Counted from the whole stretch's first letter, positions 10,842 to 22,524 are shown. The stretch: DNA of 63,662 nucleotides, filler included, from Olpidium bornovanus S191 (GCA_017911155.1; 32 parts of 32 records of this genome joined end to end with filler, not necessarily neighbours in it); one strand, 5' to 3'. Program-made: numbers and translations. Notes: a model not told the origin generated them from the letters alone.

Positions 10842-12072
10842 CATGAGGAAAGTATCACGGAGCTCGCGCTCCCAATCGCGGACGTTATCTTCTCCCATGT
10901 CGTTGGAGAAGCCGAACCTGCTCCTTTGTCCGCAGGAGGAAGGGTCGAAGGACTCCGAGGCTTTCATTTTGCTGGCGTACAAGGTGGCCTAGATGTCGAG
11001 CCTAGCCCTCGACCTGACATCCTCAAAATGCTCCCGGAACGTGTCCCAAGCTGCGCCCGAGGTCTGGCAACCATCCAAAAGGTGCTTTTAGAGGTCTGAT
11101 ACGTGTAGGTAAATTTTTCCAAAAGTCTCGCCGTCGGAGCGTACCCATTCGCGCTGTGCGTGTGCGGGGCTGTTTACTGAACAGGGTTCAGCTCCCGTCA
11201 CGACGAGCCAAAAGCCCTTCAGCAGGAGGACGGCCCGCATGTTTGCCTTCCATGAAGGCCAGCTCCCTTCGTCGAGAGGGGCGATCGTAAGGCGGGCACC
11301 CCGCAGGCTGGGGAAGTCTCGGCGTTGGCGGCGGACATGGTGGTTCCGTAGCCTGTTACTTTTCGCTTCTCTTTGTTCAGGGTCGTAACGGAAACTTCAG
11401 AAACATGAAAAGAAAAACTGCGCGCGCCCGTGGCTGCTGCGATTCTCTTTCCGCTAGTTTTCCGCGCCCTGGCCTTCTCCCTTGTGCGCCCGGGCGCATG
11501 TGTTGCTACTGCTGCTGCTGGACGGGGATCCGCGCCGCTAGTCAGCGCTGCTGTTGCTACTTCCTGCTGCTGCTGCTGAGCCCGGAGGTTCGCGCTGCTG
11601 TTCCTTGCTGCTACAGAACCCGGAGGTTCGTGCTGCTGTCTCCACGTGCGGTGCACGCGCTCTCCCGTCTGGGTTGCAACCGGTCGGCGCGCCCGAACGA
11701 ACGTCCGAACGTCCTCGTGCGCTCTCTGGCGCTCTCCCGTTGGGCTGCTGCTGGTGCGCGCCCGAACGTCCGTCCTCGTCCGTTCCCCGAACGTCCGTCC
11801 TCGTGCGCTCTCGGCTCTCCCTCCTTCCCGCGCCCTCTGTCTCTCTCTGCGTCCCTGCGGCGCCTGCGCGCGGCGGCTGCTCGCGTCGGGGAAGGGTAGT
11901 GTTTGCCTTCTTTCTCTGGTTGCGGGGAGGGCTGGGAGCGTCGTCTGCGATGAAGCGGGTCTACAGCGGCTGCGGGCAGTGGCAGCCCGTTGGGCTCATA
12001 ACCTGTTGTTAGCGGTTCGAAAGGGCGCTTTGTGTATTTCCACGGGGTTGCGGGAATCTGCATACTACAACA
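10842..12072 (-). mobile_element. Ty1/copia retrotransposon 5' end: short LTR-like unit, PBS, repetitive leader and decayed gag
   Basis: Gag from ATG at 11338 (one frameshift): TIAPLDEGSWPSWKANMRAVLLLKGFWLVVTGAEP..EWVRSDGETFGKIYLHVSDL*KHLLDGCQTSGAAWDTFREHFE (UBN2/gag-type, with stops). ..AACA|GGTTATGAGCCC junction at 12004/12003. Confidence 0.88.
11992..12003 (-). promoter_or_regulatory. Half-tRNA(iMet) primer-binding site of the copia element
   Basis: GGTTATGAGCCC directly after the LTR end ..CAACA; complementary to the initiator-tRNA anticodon arm (GGGCUCAUAACC), as used by Ty5 and Drosophila copia. Confidence 0.9.
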
Positions 12073-12490
12073 AAAGGCAAGTCATTGTACAAAGCACCTG
12101 TCCCGATGCCACCATTGGGCACCCGCTCTACAAGGCGGAACGTTCCCTCCGAGGGTTTCGAGCACGTAGGTCCATGCCAGCAATGCGATGCCAGACGCCG
12201 GCGTTTGGATGAGTGGGCGCCGATCGGTCCACAGTCAGGCCCATAGGGAAAGGCAGTTGTGGGTGGGGTAATACTAATCGCTGAAGTTTAAATAGTCACA
12301 GGTGGTTTCAAAGTCCCCCGGGGAAGTCGTAGTCTTGTATGTGTCGTGGTCACCGTGAGAGCCGTGAGCATCGGGAACGCCGCAAGCGCCATGGGCGCTG
12401 TAAGCACTGCCTTCCTCTTTTCTCCATGGTCGGAAAGAGCGGGGGCATAGTGCTCTCTTCGTCGTTTGTTGAGGACACGGAAGCGGCGAT

Positions 12491-12504
12491 CTGGGCTCAT
12501 AACC
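12491..12504 (-). mobile_element. Second copia-type half-tRNA PBS (remnant of another element)
   Basis: GGTTATGAGCCCAG on the minus strand; no clean CA LTR end immediately upstream and no recognisable gag downstream. Confidence 0.65.
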
Positions 12505-12763
12505 TTCTGCCCAGCCGACACAGGAAATTAGGCAGGCGTCGTACGAGGCGGCGTTGAAGGAAAGAATTCGTTCACCGAGCTCTTGCTTCCTCTATGGTCG
12601 AGACCCGAATACCAGGCGCTCAGGGGGACTCAAGCGGGGCCGGTGCTTGGCGTCCTTTTCCCCCTTCGTACCTCGCCGGCAGTATCGGTCACCCCGCCCC
12701 CTCCTACTTCCCTGGGCAGAGGCCCTGGGCCTTCCTTACCCGTTCCTGCTGAGCAAACTCGCA

Positions 12764-13834
12764 ATGTCGTCTACGTGCGCCGTCATTGATTGCCTCGTCG
12801 TCGCGGTGCCGCGCCAGCGCGCGATATGCTACCCGGCGTGCCGCAAGTGCTGCGTTCGGCTGGTCTCTGGTCGCGCACGCCCGGGAGCGACGTGTTTCGA
12901 CGAAGCCGCCGGCCCGGTGGAGGACCCAGAAACCGCGGCCGTCATGGTCTGCCCGCGCTGTTCTGCAACGTATTCCGAGGGTGCGGGCTGCGAGCCCGTC
13001 AGCCAGCGCTACCGCCTTTCCCTCGGGGTGATACACCGCGACCGCCTGACGCGAGGTCGGTGGCCGTGTGGCCGGTGGTGATGGTGTGATGGCAGTGGCG
13101 GCGGCAGAGGTTTTGTTCCCGCTTTTTGTCGCGTCCGGCCGCAAGGGCGTTGGCAGGTGTGCGGAGAGGCTAACGACGTCAACGGGTTTGCGCGCCGTGT
13201 AGTGACGGTTTTCGGCGCGTCGCTCCGACAGATCGTAGGTTGTTCCGCCGACCATGCCGCGTCCGGTTTCTCGAGCCGGGAAGGGTTCTGGTCTGCTCTC
13301 GAAACGCGGCTCGTCGGCAGCTACCTACGGCTGCGCATTTCGCCCTCAAGAGACGCGTCTGGCGGTGATCTGCTGGCGTCGGACGCGCTGGACCTCGACT
13401 TTAATTCGAGGCCCGCTCCGGCGAGGTCGTACATCGACTCAAAATCCGTCGCCGATCCCCAGAGCGACAGAGCACTCCTCGGCCTGCTGAGCACCGAAGA
13501 CGATCTTGCCCGGGGATCCCTGAAACCTATGGAAATCGCCGTGGAACGGAAAGCGTTGGCATTACCGCCTGATGTCGAAGCCTTGCGTTCGTGCACGGAA
13601 GTACTCCAGATTGAGGCTCAGCCTGCTCACCATCGCTCACCTACCGTCGAGCGGGTAAAGGCAGCGGCTGTCTCCGGCGAGGTCCAGCAAATACCGGGAT
13701 CAGGACGCTTCGGGCACCATAGGCGAAATGAGCCTCCTTCCCCTCTTCCATCGAGCCGCCAGTTTCGCCGGAAAATGCCATGTTTGGAGACGACGACGAC
13801 GTCATGCTCGCGTGGATGGAATCCATCGATATAA
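12764..13834 (+). CDS. Zn-binding OB-fold protein (RPA1-C-like; resembles the DDIAS/noxin N-terminal domain)
   Basis: ICYPACRKC..VCPRCSATY..QRYRLSLGV. Splicing a GT..GCTAAC..TAG intron (13056-13202) gives RYRLSLGVIHRDRLTRVTVFGASLRQIVGCSA. The C-terminal part is low-complexity and the true end is uncertain. Confidence 0.7.
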
Positions 13835-14038
13835 ACTCCAACTCACTCCTGTCCGCGCCAAGGGGTCTGTCTACATTTGGGGCTTTAACCACCGTCTACG
13901 TGCCGGCTTTAAGCACGACCATCNNNNNNNNNNNNNNNNNNNNNNNNNNNNNNNNNNNNNNNNNNNNTTAATTAATTAANNNNNNNNNNNNNNNNNNNNN
14001 NNNNNNNNNNNNNNNNNNNNNNNAAAAAAAAAAAAAAA

Positions 14039-14094
<56 letters not shown>

Positions 14095-14672
14095 AAAAAA
14101 ACCGGTATTGTCGTCAATTTTGGTTCCCCGATCACTTTGAAAGCGATTGCCCGAGTGACTCGATCGCGTCAAAATCAGGGGGACACTAAACAGTTGACCG
14201 TGATCTGGTATCAATTTTTTCGGCTGCTCGTCGAAATCTCCGGGGAAAAAAAATCACCTGCCGTCGATTATTTTTTTTTTCTTTTTGTTCTCTTTTCTCC
14301 TCTTCTTCTTCTGACGTGACGACATCCGCCCCGGGGGTGGGGCCCCCCAAAAAGTTTACCCCGGACGCGGGGAGGGGGGGGGGTGGGTAGGGGAAGGGAA
14401 CGCCCGCGAAAATTATACGTTCCGGTGGGCGTTCAACAACATAGGGTTTCGGAGAAGCGAGAAAACCTCGGACCCGGTTGCGCCCAGCTGAAGGTGAACG
14501 CCGGCTTGAGCTGCTCGGACGAACAGCTGTTCGTTGATATCGGCGAATCGTAACGCAAGAGATGGCTGGCCTTCTGGATTTCTGCCAGAAAGGGCCTGCA
14601 GACCGGACTGGCACCGAGGCTATGTTTATTCTTTAGCTCTTGGGCAGTAAACGTACATTGCAGCTGCAAATT

Positions 14673-15806
14673 CTAATCTCTTGAGTTTGAGGCCAGGAGA
14701 TATTCGGAGTTCCAGAATTTCGACCCGTAGGAGTACGCGCGCTCTGCCGCATTGGCGGCACCCCTAATAAATGCTCGTTGTTCGCGGAAAGAAGCTTCAG
14801 TGACCGGTCTCCCACCGTCCGTGTCGAGCAAAACCTGTAAATCCCTCAGCGCCTTGCCGTGGGCAAGGAAAGGCTCATCGTCGTACAGATGTATGCTGGA
14901 TATCGCCTTGTCCAGTACACGGAGACGTTTCAGCCAGTCGGCGACGTCAACGTGCGAATTTTGCGCATCGAAGTTCTCGTGGACGGTCCGGGACAGTTCG
15001 TCTGCCACGGAATCGAGGAAATCGCGAACTGCGTCGATCGTGAACTCCGCTTTGAGATTCGGGCGGTCGCTGTCGACCGAGCGGAATATGTCGGGCACGG
15101 GCGGCGAGCTCCGTGGTGCTGTTCGGGAACCTAGGAAGGTCCAGACGGAGCTGCAGCGCGAGTCCTGTGCTGCTGCTCGGGGATTCAGGAAGGTCCAGAT
15201 GGCGCAGTAGAACTTCCACAATTTCTTCGGGCGAGACCGCGTGTTCTCGCTGAGGAAATGAGCGCGGCGGCCTTTCGGGTAGATCTCGAAGTGTTTCTCT
15301 TTAAATTTTAAGAAGCCCCGCTCTATCCTGAGATTTTCAACGTCCCCGTCCTGCACATTTTCAAACTGCAGCAAGTCTTTCAGTCGGTCGAAATAACACT
15401 TATCGTGGGCCGAAACCGACGAGAGAAAATCATCATCGCGGTCATCGCTGTCCAGAAAAGGGTCGGGAACACGCGATGCAGACCCCTCTGGGTCGTATAA
15501 AAACTCATCGTAGACGACTACTTCGCCGGGGGCGGGAATCGTGACGATCCCTGCAGTTCGGAACTGGCAGGATTCCGGGGGGGGAGGATGCTCGAACTCC
15601 TTGGCGATGAATTTCAGGGTCAGCCCCGCCAGGCCGATATGATCCTTGATGGCGTCCACAAGGAAGTTGCGCCAGAATCCCCGGGGGTCCGCATCGTCGC
15701 CGGGACTGGGCGCCGCGGACTGAGACACGCCGTTGCGCGAAGGGGCGGCGGAGACGAGCGCCGGGGCGGCGGCGACAAGCGCCAGGAGAGAGGCGGCGAG
15801 CCTCAT
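14673..15806 (-). CDS. Intronless 377-aa secreted protein of unknown function
   Basis: Uninterrupted ORF with a classic signal peptide MRLAASLLALVAAAPALVSA|AP; globular-looking body; no domain recognised. Confidence 0.75.
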   Translation of the reverse strand: MRLAASLLALVAAAPALVSAAPSRNGVSQSAAPSPGDDADPRGFWRNFLVDAIKDHIGLAGLTLKFIAKEFEHPPPPESCQFRTAGIVTIPAPGEVVVYDEFLYDPEGSASRVPDPFLDSDDRDDDFLSSVSAHDKCYFDRLKDLLQFENVQDGDVENLRIERGFLKFKEKHFEIYPKGRRAHFLSENTRSRPKKLWKFYCAIWTFLNPRAAAQDSRCSSVWTFLGSRTAPRSSPPVPDIFRSVDSDRPNLKAEFTIDAVRDFLDSVADELSRTVHENFDAQNSHVDVADWLKRLRVLDKAISSIHLYDDEPFLAHGKALRDLQVLLDTDGGRPVTEASFREQRAFIRGAANAAERAYSYGSKFWNSEYLLASNSRD

Positions 15807-16439
15807 GGTCGTTACTAAACGAGGAGCAGCGAGGACCGGTGGGTTCCCGGCGCGTCGGCAGTTGCTGGCGAAGTTAGCCGGGGAGGGTTGTTGGCGCCAG
15901 TCTTCAGGCCCATTTTAAACGTGTTGGCGGGGGGGAAGGGGGCGGGCGGCGGGGCGCGGGAGGGGTCAATGAGTAATTTTCGTCGGTCGGGATCCGGTTG
16001 GCGGGAGGGGGGGGCCTTGCGGGCGGTGTGGACCGGGAAGGGGGTGGACGAGCGACGGCGACGCGCCCGAGGGCGCGGGCTGAGGAGGAAGGGGGGGGCG
16101 GGGGGGAAAGGGGCGGAAAGGGGGTGAAAGGGGAAAATGGGGAAGGGGGCGTGCCGAGGGCGGGGGGGGGGGGCCAAAGGGGGGATTCTTTTCTCATTTT
16201 CAGGGGCAGGGGGGGGGGGGGGGGGGGGGCGGGGGGGGGGGGGGGGGGGGGGGGGGGGAGAAGNNNNNNNNNNNNNNNNNNNNNNNNNNNNNNNNNNNNN
16301 NNNNNNNTTAATTAATTAANNNNNNNNNNNNNNNNNNNNNNNNNNNNNNNNNNNNNNNNNNNNCTGCGCAAGATGCAGGCGAACGGTCTGTTCTCCGCCG
16401 CACGTAAATTCTGGGCAAATCTGACCAGAAGTCGCACGG

Positions 16440-18000
16440 CGTGTCATCAAAACAGGAGATGCTAAAACCGGGCGCTTTCCCATGTGGAAGCGTCTGGTTC
16501 GACGTAGGTCTCTCGACCAGGGTTGAACGCAGCCAGGATGGGGCCGGCGATGAAGCGTTGTTTGAGCATATCAAAAGCGTGTTGGCAGTCGTCTGTCCAG
16601 GTAAAAGTGGCGTTTTTATTTGTCAACAACTAGAGAGGACATGCGATTTTGCTATACCCCTCGATAAATGATTGGTAGTAATTAGCAGAACCAAGGAAAC
16701 TGCCGAATGCCCTTTACTGTCGTCGGCGGGGTCCACTCCGTGATGGCCTTCACTTTCTCTGGGTCCATGCGGATGCCGGCCCTAACATCGATGATGTACC
16801 CAAAGTATTTTACCGAGTGGGCTTTGAAGTCGTATTTGGTTATGTCGAGCGTTAGGCCGGCTTCCGCGAGGCGGCCGAGGACTAGTCAGACTTTCGAGCG
16901 GTGGTCCTCAAGGGAGTCACCCGAAAAGATCAAGATATCATCGATGTACGCGGTGCAGAAAGTCGCGCAACGTCCAGTTGATGAAACGTTGGAAGGTGGC
17001 GGGCACTCCGGTAAGGCTGAAGGGTGTAACTAACCACTTGTAGGAGCCATAACTGGTCCGCACTTTCCCCTCCGTGGCCGAGGCCACTTGCTCGACACAG
17101 TCCTTATGGGCCTTCAGCTTGAAAAAGCGGAGGAGCTCCACGTCGGCGAGCTCCCATTACCGAACAGCCGTCTCAAACTTGCGTAGGTATGCCGATATAT
17201 TCTCTTCTTGAAACAACCCCATCCTCCTTGGTGAACTGGACTGTCGCGGTGCGGACCTTCGCAGACCGCATTTCCACGGCAAGCGTGCGCACATCGAAGG
17301 ACCCGGTCGTCATTGTCGTAACCTCATCGTACCCGGCGCACTCTCGTACCGGCTCCTCTTGCTCTCGCGTTCCCTCTGTCCTGCCCGGGAGCACCAGGTT
17401 GTCAGGAGATTTCTGCATCCGACGGGGGTTTGGCAGGGCTTGACAGACAGCTATGGGCTGTCCTACGCGCGCACTTGGCCGTAGATACGGGTGATCACGA
17501 GGCGCAGAAGCTCCCTCCTCCTTGCGGCTTTCGAAGACCTCTTCAAAGCAACCCCCGGCTCGCCCTCCCTTCTCCCCGGCTCTACCCTCTAACCCAGGAG
17601 CTGCCGACAGCCCGTCTGAGGGCGTGCAGTCGCAGGCGGCTAGAACTAGGCTATTCCGGGGGGCTCTCGGAGGACCGTCGAAAAAGTCTTCAAAAACGAG
17701 AGGGTTTGTTTATTGTCTCGTGCGAGCGAGAGGGAGAGTACGGAAAAAACGGGGGGGGGGTGTGTGTGTTGGGGATTGGTGATACAAGAGGGCCCGGCCA
17801 GGACTACCGGCGGCCCGAACCGTCCCACACCGGTCCCGAAGCGGGGCCCCTCAGCGCGTGCGGTTTATGCGATCGAGCGCATTGGACGGAAGACTTGTCG
17901 CAACTGGCTTAAACTTTTTTTTCTACCGTCTTATATAAAATGTTCTCCCTGATGTCGCGTGTCCCAAATCGGCTGTCGAAATATCGTGATCAGGCCCAAA
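16440..18000 (-). mobile_element. Internally deleted Ty3/gypsy remnant (LTR part, PBS, gag fragment, RT, RNase H start)
   Basis: RT: [54 protein letters not shown] (~16690-17050). RNase H: FDMLKQRFIAGPILAAFNPGRETYVEPDAS (~16480-16570). Gag-like FQEENISAYLRKFE (~17170-17220). LTR end TGACA at 17400, TATA-like tatataag at ~17930-17937 and AATAAA at ~17708-17713; the upstream LTR boundary is approximate. Confidence 0.88.
17379..17396 (-). promoter_or_regulatory. Primer-binding site of the gypsy element
   Basis: TGGTGCTCCCGGGCAGGA, 3 nt after the LTR end TGACA. Its complement ends ..GGGAGCACCA, like a tRNA 3' end (Ile-UAU or elongator-Met style). Confidence 0.7.
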
Positions 18001-18540
18001 ATATCAAATGTTGAGTCCGGAACTGCCGGCCGTGACGATTTCACAAACCGTCTCAAACTCCGCCAAACTATTGAGAACGACGCGGCCAGACTCCGGTCGA
18101 CTGAACTGAGCGCGAACAGTTAACAGAGGGTGATCGTCTAATACCTCCGTGTACACGTGCAAAAAGCCGTCATCAGGCTGCATCAACCCTCGCTCTGCGC
18201 AAAAAGCATGCCGGCGCGCAACCCATTGCCATTGATGTTGATTCCCGTTCGTTACCGCTTGGTAACAGCAAACCACTCTGTGCAGATCATCCCCTCCAGG
18301 ATCCGGCGGAAACGTTAAAGCCTGCANNNNNNNNNNNNNNNNNNNNNNNNNNNNNNNNNNNNNNNNNNNNTTAATTAATTAANNNNNNNNNNNNNNNNNN
18401 NNNNNNNNNNNNNNNNNNNNNNNNNNCATGCTGCCGCCCTCCGCACCGCAGGAAGGGCACTTTGCAAACACTTGCGCAAAGGCGCGCTCGACGTCTATAT
18501 TTTCGCTCAACGTGCCCTTATGGCATTTCGCCAAACTGAT

Positions 18541-19199
18541 TTATTCCTCACTAGCGGCGCCCACGATTTGCGCTGCGATGCGGTCAAGGTCGCGCTGGCC
18601 GACCTGGCTGATCTTCCGGCCACTGCAGAGATTTCAGGATAATTGTGCGCCGCTGTGAGCGCCTCGCCGCGCGCGCACGAAAGGGCAACCGGAAATACGC
18701 TAATCCGCGTACCCTTTGGGATCTTTCTCGAGGATCTTGAGTTTCTCAAGGGATTGCAGGACCTTGCGGTTGACCGACCCTGAGGCTACCACGGTGTGGG
18801 ACGGGCGAGAGCCGCGGTTTTTTCTGCCGCTGTGAACCTTGCAGAGAGCACCGGTGCCAACGGCAGGCCGGAGATAGACGTGACGGGCCACTGCAGCTAA
18901 ACACGGGCACCAACAAATAGGAAAGCATCAGCGACCGGAAAAGTTTAGGGGGTGCATCGCCCAAAACGCGCCAACGCGCAGCCCCAGAAAGACAACGGGT
19001 ATAAACGGGAGGAGAAACTCGTACCAGCCCTCACGTAGAACCAGTCGGGATCATATGGTGGAAGCTCCTTGTAGGTGCCCGTCTTGACAAGGTCTACCCA
19101 CTTCGGGACCTCCAGCTTACCGGTCCGCTTAAGGAAGGCGGCATACGCCTTGACAAACTCGTGCGGGTTCACGTCTTTAACAGTGGCCCCTCCGGCCAT
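18541..19199 (-). CDS. RPS19: 40S ribosomal protein S19 (eS19), three exons, complete
   Basis: [58 protein letters not shown] | [32 protein letters not shown] | [19 protein letters not shown]. Confidence 0.97.
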
Positions 19200-19411
19200 T
19201 TTTCCTTTTTTTTTTTTCTTGTCTGCGTGGAGAACCGCGCGCAAAAAAAAACGTTGCCGGAAACGTGAGAAGGCATCGGCGCGCGCGGCCGACGGGCAGC
19301 AACGGACGTGAGAACAAAAGCCACTTGCGCCCTTCATCGCCCTTCAACTTCTTCTTCTTCAACAACGCGGCATCGTCCTAGTAACGGCGGGGGCGCGGGG
19401 GCCGGCGGTCC

Positions 19412-19461
<50 letters not shown>

Positions 19462-20171
19462 CGCCCGGCNNNNNNNNNNNNNNNNNNNNNNNNNNNNNNN
19501 NNNNNNNNNNNNNTTAATTAATTAANNNNNNNNNNNNNNNNNNNNNNNNNNNNNNNNNNNNNNNNNNNNCCGGGGGGCCCGGGGGGGGGGCCCCCCCCCC
19601 CCCCCCCCCCTCGTTCCCCGCAGACCCGCCGGATTCGCGTGCCGGGACGCTCTCTCCCGGCACGCGCGGGCGGGGCGAACGCCGGAAAGAGGCCTTCCTT
19701 TCCTTTTTTTTTTTTTTTTTTTTTTTTGTATTCCACTCTTGGGGGCGCCTCTCTCCAAAAAGGCGGGGGGAGCGGTGAGATGCCGCCCGCGCACGTTGCT
19801 GCTGGCGCGGCCACGACTCTGGGCACCGCCGTGGCCGCGATGACGGTCTCGTCGTCGCTCTCGTGCGTCTTCTCGTGAGTGCGCGCAAAGGGTGGGCCGG
19901 CGCTTCCTCTGCTGCGCCCCTGCGTGGGACGGGTGGGGGGCGCATGTTCCCGTTGCACCGCGCGACTTGCCCAACGGATCCTGACGTGCTCTCCTTTAAC
20001 CTTTCGCTTCGTACGGTTCGTCGTGACGGCCAATCCTGGGACCGGGGGCCGCGGGGGACGCGCGTCAGGCTGGCGTACGTTCTCCTAGTACCCGGCGCCC
20101 GCGATTCTCTGGTTTTGGCCGCGCGCCATTGGCGGAACCCGCTAACGGCGATTTCGGGGTGGCCGGGGGTG

Positions 20172-20202
<31 letters not shown>

Positions 20203-20283
20203 GGCGGGGCGTTCAACCTTTCCCCTATTTTTCCTATTTTTCCACACAACGCGCCAAAAATAATCTCAAAAAAAAAACGAAGT

Positions 20284-20860
20284 ATGCTGTGCGGGGCGTT
20301 CCAGGCCGCTATCCAAACGCTGGCGTCGCCGTTCGCGCCGTGGATCGCGCGGCCGCCCGCGCTGGTCGTCCAAGGCGGCGGCCGCCACGCCGCCGGGGGC
20401 GACGCCGCGCGCAACTACCGGCCCGTGGTGTTCTGGCACGGGATGGGCGACTCGTGCTGCGACGAGCGGGGCGTCGGCGGCCTGGCGAACTTGGTGCGAG
20501 AAGCGCTGCCCGGCGCGTTTGTCTACTCGCTGCGCTTCGGCGCCGCCGCCGCCGGGCCGGACCCGACGCCCGACGAAGACGAGCGGGCGTCCTACCTGGG
20601 AAACGTCAACGACCACGTCCGGCAGGCGTGCGAAGTGCTCGCTGGGATGAAGGAGCTCGCCGGCGGCTTCAGCGCGGTCGGGCTTTCGCAGGTGCGAAGA
20701 GGGAAAAGAAGGGGGAGGGGTAGGGAATCGTTCAAAATTCAAACGGATTTTCTTCTGAAAGTGCAGGGCGGTCAGTTCCTCCGCGCCTACGTCGAACGCT
20801 GCAACGATCCGCCGGTCCACAACCTGATCACCTTCGGGGCGCAGCACGCCGGAATCTCTG
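20284..20860 (+). CDS. PPT1: Palmitoyl-protein thioesterase, 3'-partial
   Basis: PVVFWHGMGDSCC, ASYLGNVNDHV..C, GFSAVGLSQ|GGQFLRAYVERCNDPPVHNLITFGAQHAGIS (G-x-S-Q-G nucleophile motif split by an intron). Confidence 0.93.
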
Positions 20861-21249
20861 GTAGGGACGCATGCTGGAATTTACCTCCTGCTTTTTGTTT
20901 GTCTGGCCTTGCCNNNNNNNNNNNNNNNNNNNNNNNNNNNNNNNNNNNNNNNNNNNNTTAATTAATTAANNNNNNNNNNNNNNNNNNNNNNNNNNNNNNN
21001 NNNNNNNNNNNNNGCCTAAAGGCGCAGAACGGCTCAAAATCAACATAAAGACACGCAGAAAAGCGGAGAAAGCGCAGGAAAGGCAGGAGAAAGTGCAGGG
21101 AAGCGCAGGGACGACTTAAATGTGCAGAGAAAACAGCAGGAAAAGCAAGAGAGACATAAAGAGACCATGAAATAAACAATAATGACGCGAAAACAGCACT
21201 ATTTCAACAGCACCGTCACCTGGTGATTAATTCCCTTGCGCGCTAGGTA

Positions 21250-22300
21250 TTCGCCCCATGCCGCCGTCAGGTATTCCCCCCCGCCATCCGTCTGCAAAAT
21301 GCGAATCTCACCGCCATGGGCGGCACGCGCAGACGCGCGGAAGAGACGGAATTTTTGCACTCGGACTTCTCTCGCATCAGGTACACATGGACGTAGCGGC
21401 TGCGCTCATCGACGAAAGTCGCAGCGTAGCGGGCTCCCCCGAGTGAAGCAACAGGGAAGGACATTACGTCAGAATGCACTTTCCCGAGTATTCTCCTGGC
21501 AGGGCTCCCCTCCCGGTCCCATGGCCTCGGCTGTTTCGCGCCCTTGGCACATGCGCAGATTGTACATGGCGTATTTCCCTCAGGGTCCCCGGTGTCCGGG
21601 TTGAATTACGTGACAGTCCTGTTTAGCTTTGGCCATGTTTAGCTTTCCCCGCCTGCCACCGCCACTCTTAGTTTCCCCCGCTTCTCACCGCCCCCCTACC
21701 CCTGTAGTTTGCTACGATCTTGAGTGAATAAAATGAGACCAGACGAAAGCTCCCTGCGCGGCACACCACACCGGACGAACCCATGGCCTTGTCAATGTCT
21801 CTGCGCAGGTGGCCAAAACGGGCATGCCAAAGCGAACCCTTCTCAGGCGACGGGGTCGCCGCGACAAGTGCAGTGTCGCTCGCCTTTCTGCCGGGTGCCC
21901 CGGTTGTTGGAATGATGTCCAGGGTGTAGAGGTTATTCCTTTTCTTTGTTCCCGTGCCCAAGAGTTGTCCCTTGAAAATCAACTTGCACTTCGCGCCTTC
22001 CATCTCCATGCGGACACCGCTGGCAGCAAGCTGACCAACAGAGATGAGATTTTTGGTTATCCCAGGCATGATGTGGATGTTGCGGATGCACGCAGCTCTC
22101 TGGGTCCCGGCCAGCCGAATGCGCATGTCTCCCATCCCGGTGACTGCGAGTTGGGCATTGTTGCCGACGCGGAGGGGCATCACGTTGTCCACGGTGCGGA
22201 GATTCTTGAGGCCTCCAGCAGAAGCCGTGACATGATATGAAGCACCAGTGTCAATGATCCACTCTCCGGTGGTCGCGGTCCCTGAGGCACTTGAGGCCAC
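21250..22300 (-). mobile_element. Ty1/copia pol fragment: protease, GAG-pre-integrase and integrase N-terminus, degenerate
   Basis: EWIIDTGASYHVT..KNLISVGQL..NNLYTLD..LWHARFGHL; PCTICACAK (CxxC); HSDVMSFPVASLGGARYAATFVDERSRYVHVYLMREKSE. Confidence 0.92.
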
Positions 22301-22524
22301 GAATGTTTTGTAAATGGACAGGGGAGATGGTAGAGAAGGCCAAATGCGTTTCTCTTGAAAAGGAGAAGGGGGTGCTATTTTCCCAAACTTCGGAGGTCTC
22401 GTTCTCAGCAGAGAAGCGTCCGANNNNNNNNNNNNNNNNNNNNNNNNNNNNNNNNNNNNNNNNNNNNTTAATTAATTAANNNNNNNNNNNNNNNNNNNNN
22501 NNNNNNNNNNNNNNNNNNNNNNNC

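Noticed and set aside
17400-17445. 46-bp TGTCA..TGACA mini-element
   Set aside because: The left end is explained as the gypsy LTR terminus next to the PBS; no TSD.
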